In this document: piece after piece, positions 61,431 to 64,000 of the stretch
How positions within the stretch are numbered: the stretch's first letter is position 1
Layout: each line of letters starts with the position of its first letter
Source of the DNA: Octopus sinensis
Taxonomy: Eukaryota
Length of the DNA stretch: 64,000 nucleotides
NCBI RefSeq assembly: GCF_006345805.1
Contig: NC_043016.1
Span: 27,342,001-27,406,000 of the forward strand
Direction of reading: 5' to 3'
Translations under genes and position numbers: made by a program
The notes under the pieces: model-generated
Database searches by the model: none
Told to the model about the DNA's origin: nothing
Seen by the model: only the letters and a program-made list of their open reading frames with translations

Positions 61431-63379
61431 CTACCAGATTTTTAAAAACTCATGTACTGGAGTCAATTTGTTTGACTAAAACCCTTCAAGGCAGCACTCC
61501 AGTGTAGCAGTAGCCCAATGACTGAAGCAAATAAAAAGTTAGAATACAGGACAACAACAGCTTTAAAATTCTGTAGGACATTTATGTACAAACCAGTATT
61601 GTGATTGAGCAGTGTTGACTGGATATCATATATATTGGTAGTCAAAGCACAGGGAAAAACTGGAGAATGGAGAGTAGCATTGGTATAGTATTACACAATG
61701 GAAAAAAAGGTTGACTCAGAAGAAGCAAGATATAAGTACCTAGGGGTCCTGGAATGAGGTGACGCAATATCTTGAGAGATTAAGGAGTGAGTACAGTACA
61801 AAAGACTTACTATGAACACCTGTGCTATAACTTGTTTGTTAGTTACAGTGCAGCTATACTGGACATTAGAGGAAATTAGATGAGATGAACTGATGTACAT
61901 GAAAATTATTGATCAAATTCTAATTTATCCACTCAAAAGTACCATATTTGCTAGTGAATATGATGCATTTTATTTTTAAATGTATCCAAACTTTAACCCA
62001 TCTAATGTGGTTGTATTGTTGATAGGAGACCAAGGGTGCAGGATGAGCATAAGTCCATTAGGTACAATAATTGTTATTAATAATAAAACATTGGAAGCAG
62101 GTTAAATTATCACAGATTGTTAGCGCAAACAAAAAGAATTGTTATGGTACCTTAGCAATTATATGGGAATGTTGCATCATTTCATTATACCCCCTGCCTC
62201 TGCATACATAATCATACCTGATATGTGTCTTACGTTATTTAGTAATTGTGTTGCCTTTAATAAACATTTTTTTTTATCTAAATGAAAAATTCTCAAAAGA
62301 GGAAAAGAATTTTAACCTTTAGCACTGCATTTTCTCTAGAATTGTTTCCTCTACCACTGCCCTGTTACTACAAGGGAGAAAATTCATATGGTGACATGAT
62401 GCACCTACAGTGTGCTAAAGGCTAACTTTCAGTTATCTCTCAGCTGTTTCAGCAGGTGGCAACAAAATAATAGTGATGCTGTGCTGTGCTGGTTGCTAAT
62501 TACAGTTGCATAAAACATTACAGCTAGAAATACATATTTTACATATCCTGTATGACAATTGTCTTGACCAATATAACCAACTACACTAACTATATCTGAA
62601 AGAAGATGAAACTAAAATACAGATACTAACATAACATACTTTATGCACAATAAATTTATGCTTTCATATTTTATCCCAGTGTCCAATTACAGCATTGTAT
62701 TTACATGCACAGGATCATACATTAGTTCTAAAGAACTAATTTAAAATGTCTTTCAGTAAGTATTTGATCAAACTTACTAAATTTGTTTTTCCTTACACAA
62801 AATATACTTGAAAAGTATGGTGCATCTTATGCAAGAACATCTTATATGCTGGTAAATATGATAAATGAAACTTGGCTGTAGATAGACTGAAAACATAGCA
62901 ACAGAAAGGCATCATTAGAATATCAAAGGGGATTGACAAAGTGATTAATATTGACTTCCCCTTGCCCGGGAGTAAAGGGTTGATAAATACCTTAAATAAT
63001 TTGGGCATTAAGGGTGCCAAATTATTAGTGAACTAAATCTGGAAAAAGCGCAGTAATTTAAAGTTAAACTCAGTAATTTCCAATCAAATATCAAATCACT
63101 CGCTAATATTCACCAATCACATATCCATTTTTCTGCTTGCTATTTCTGGACGGTCGTTGGGTTAGAGTCCTCAGGGATTGCCTCTGTAAGGTCCTATCAG
63201 AAGCAAGGTAATTACATTTTACTGCCGGATCCCCAAGTGTGACTAATTTGAAACTATGTATATTATTCAACCATCTTTACAGCTGGTCTTCTAGAAATTG
63301 TGTGAATATTGCCATAAAGTGTACACTTGCTTTGTAAACCTTGAAAAGGCAAACAACTGCACACTGCAGAGGGTTTTGC

Positions 63380-63740
63380 AAGAGCTTGAGATAAATGGGC
63401 AACTTCTGGATGCTGTCAAGTCCCTATACAACTGGTCAAATGTTTGTCTTTAGGTAAATGTTAAATCGAGAGCTTTCAAAGTGCATGTTGGACTTCAGCA
63501 GGGGTGTGTATTGCCACTTCATTTTTTCATAACTTTTATGAACTGCATTGGTATGTGCAGCCATTATGAAAATGATATCACAATTGGTAGATGTTCTGAA
63601 GAGGATCTCCAACATAAACTGAATGGGTTCACTGCCAAGTGCTACAAGGCAGGAATGAGAAGAATTAGAAGACTGAGACATTGGTTATCTCAAGAAAGTC
63701 TTCTCAGTACACTTTGCATGTTAGTGGAACACCACCAAAC
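63380..63740 (+). mobile_element. Old LINE RT remnant
   Basis: VGLQQGCVL..HFFITFMN and EEDLQHKLN.F...C resemble RTE RT segments. Confidence 0.5.
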
Positions 63741-64000
63741 TCATGTTTCTCATCAGATATTCCATTAGTCACAATATAATATAACTGAATTTTTGTTGTC
63801 CTTTTTCAATTTCATTAAATATTTCTTATTGTGGAGGTAATCACACACAAAGAATTATTGTGAAGAAGCTCACTTTGCAACCAAGTGATTTCAGATTCAA
63901 TACCGTTATGCGGCATCAATAGCCCTGGGCTGACCAATGCCTTTTGAGTGAATTTGGCAGATGGAAACTGTGTGGAAGCTCATTGTGTATATATATATAT

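Overview
Eukaryotic, AT-rich, microsatellite-dense DNA. The repeat families look octopod/coleoid cephalopod (inference). The window holds one reconstructable protein-coding gene on the + strand, a BAHD1 (bromo-adjacent-homology domain 1) orthologue with six coding exons: 7113-7199, 33603-40698, 43885-44620, 48642-48807, 52250-52418 and 53983-54169. All splice phases match, but there is one frame discontinuity inside exon 3, and the predicted protein is about 2,800 aa, versus about 780 aa for human BAHD1. The 7.1-kb exon 2 encodes an unfamiliar 26-36-aa tandem repeat region and a Cys/His repeat. The rest is intronic or intergenic: decayed LINEs (Tx1/L1, BovB-like RTE, other RTE, CR1-like), two Penelope-like elements, Tc1/mariner and piggyBac-type derivatives, tRNA-derived SINEs and microsatellites. 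Unexplained structure includes a ~190-bp-period degenerate array right after exon 1, a minimal type-I hammerhead ribozyme motif in a cassette bounded by inverted repeats near the end of intron 1, several 200-280-bp foldbacks, and retrotransposons sitting in (GATA)n arrays. No searches or folding calculations were run, so all family assignments come from recognising motifs by eye.
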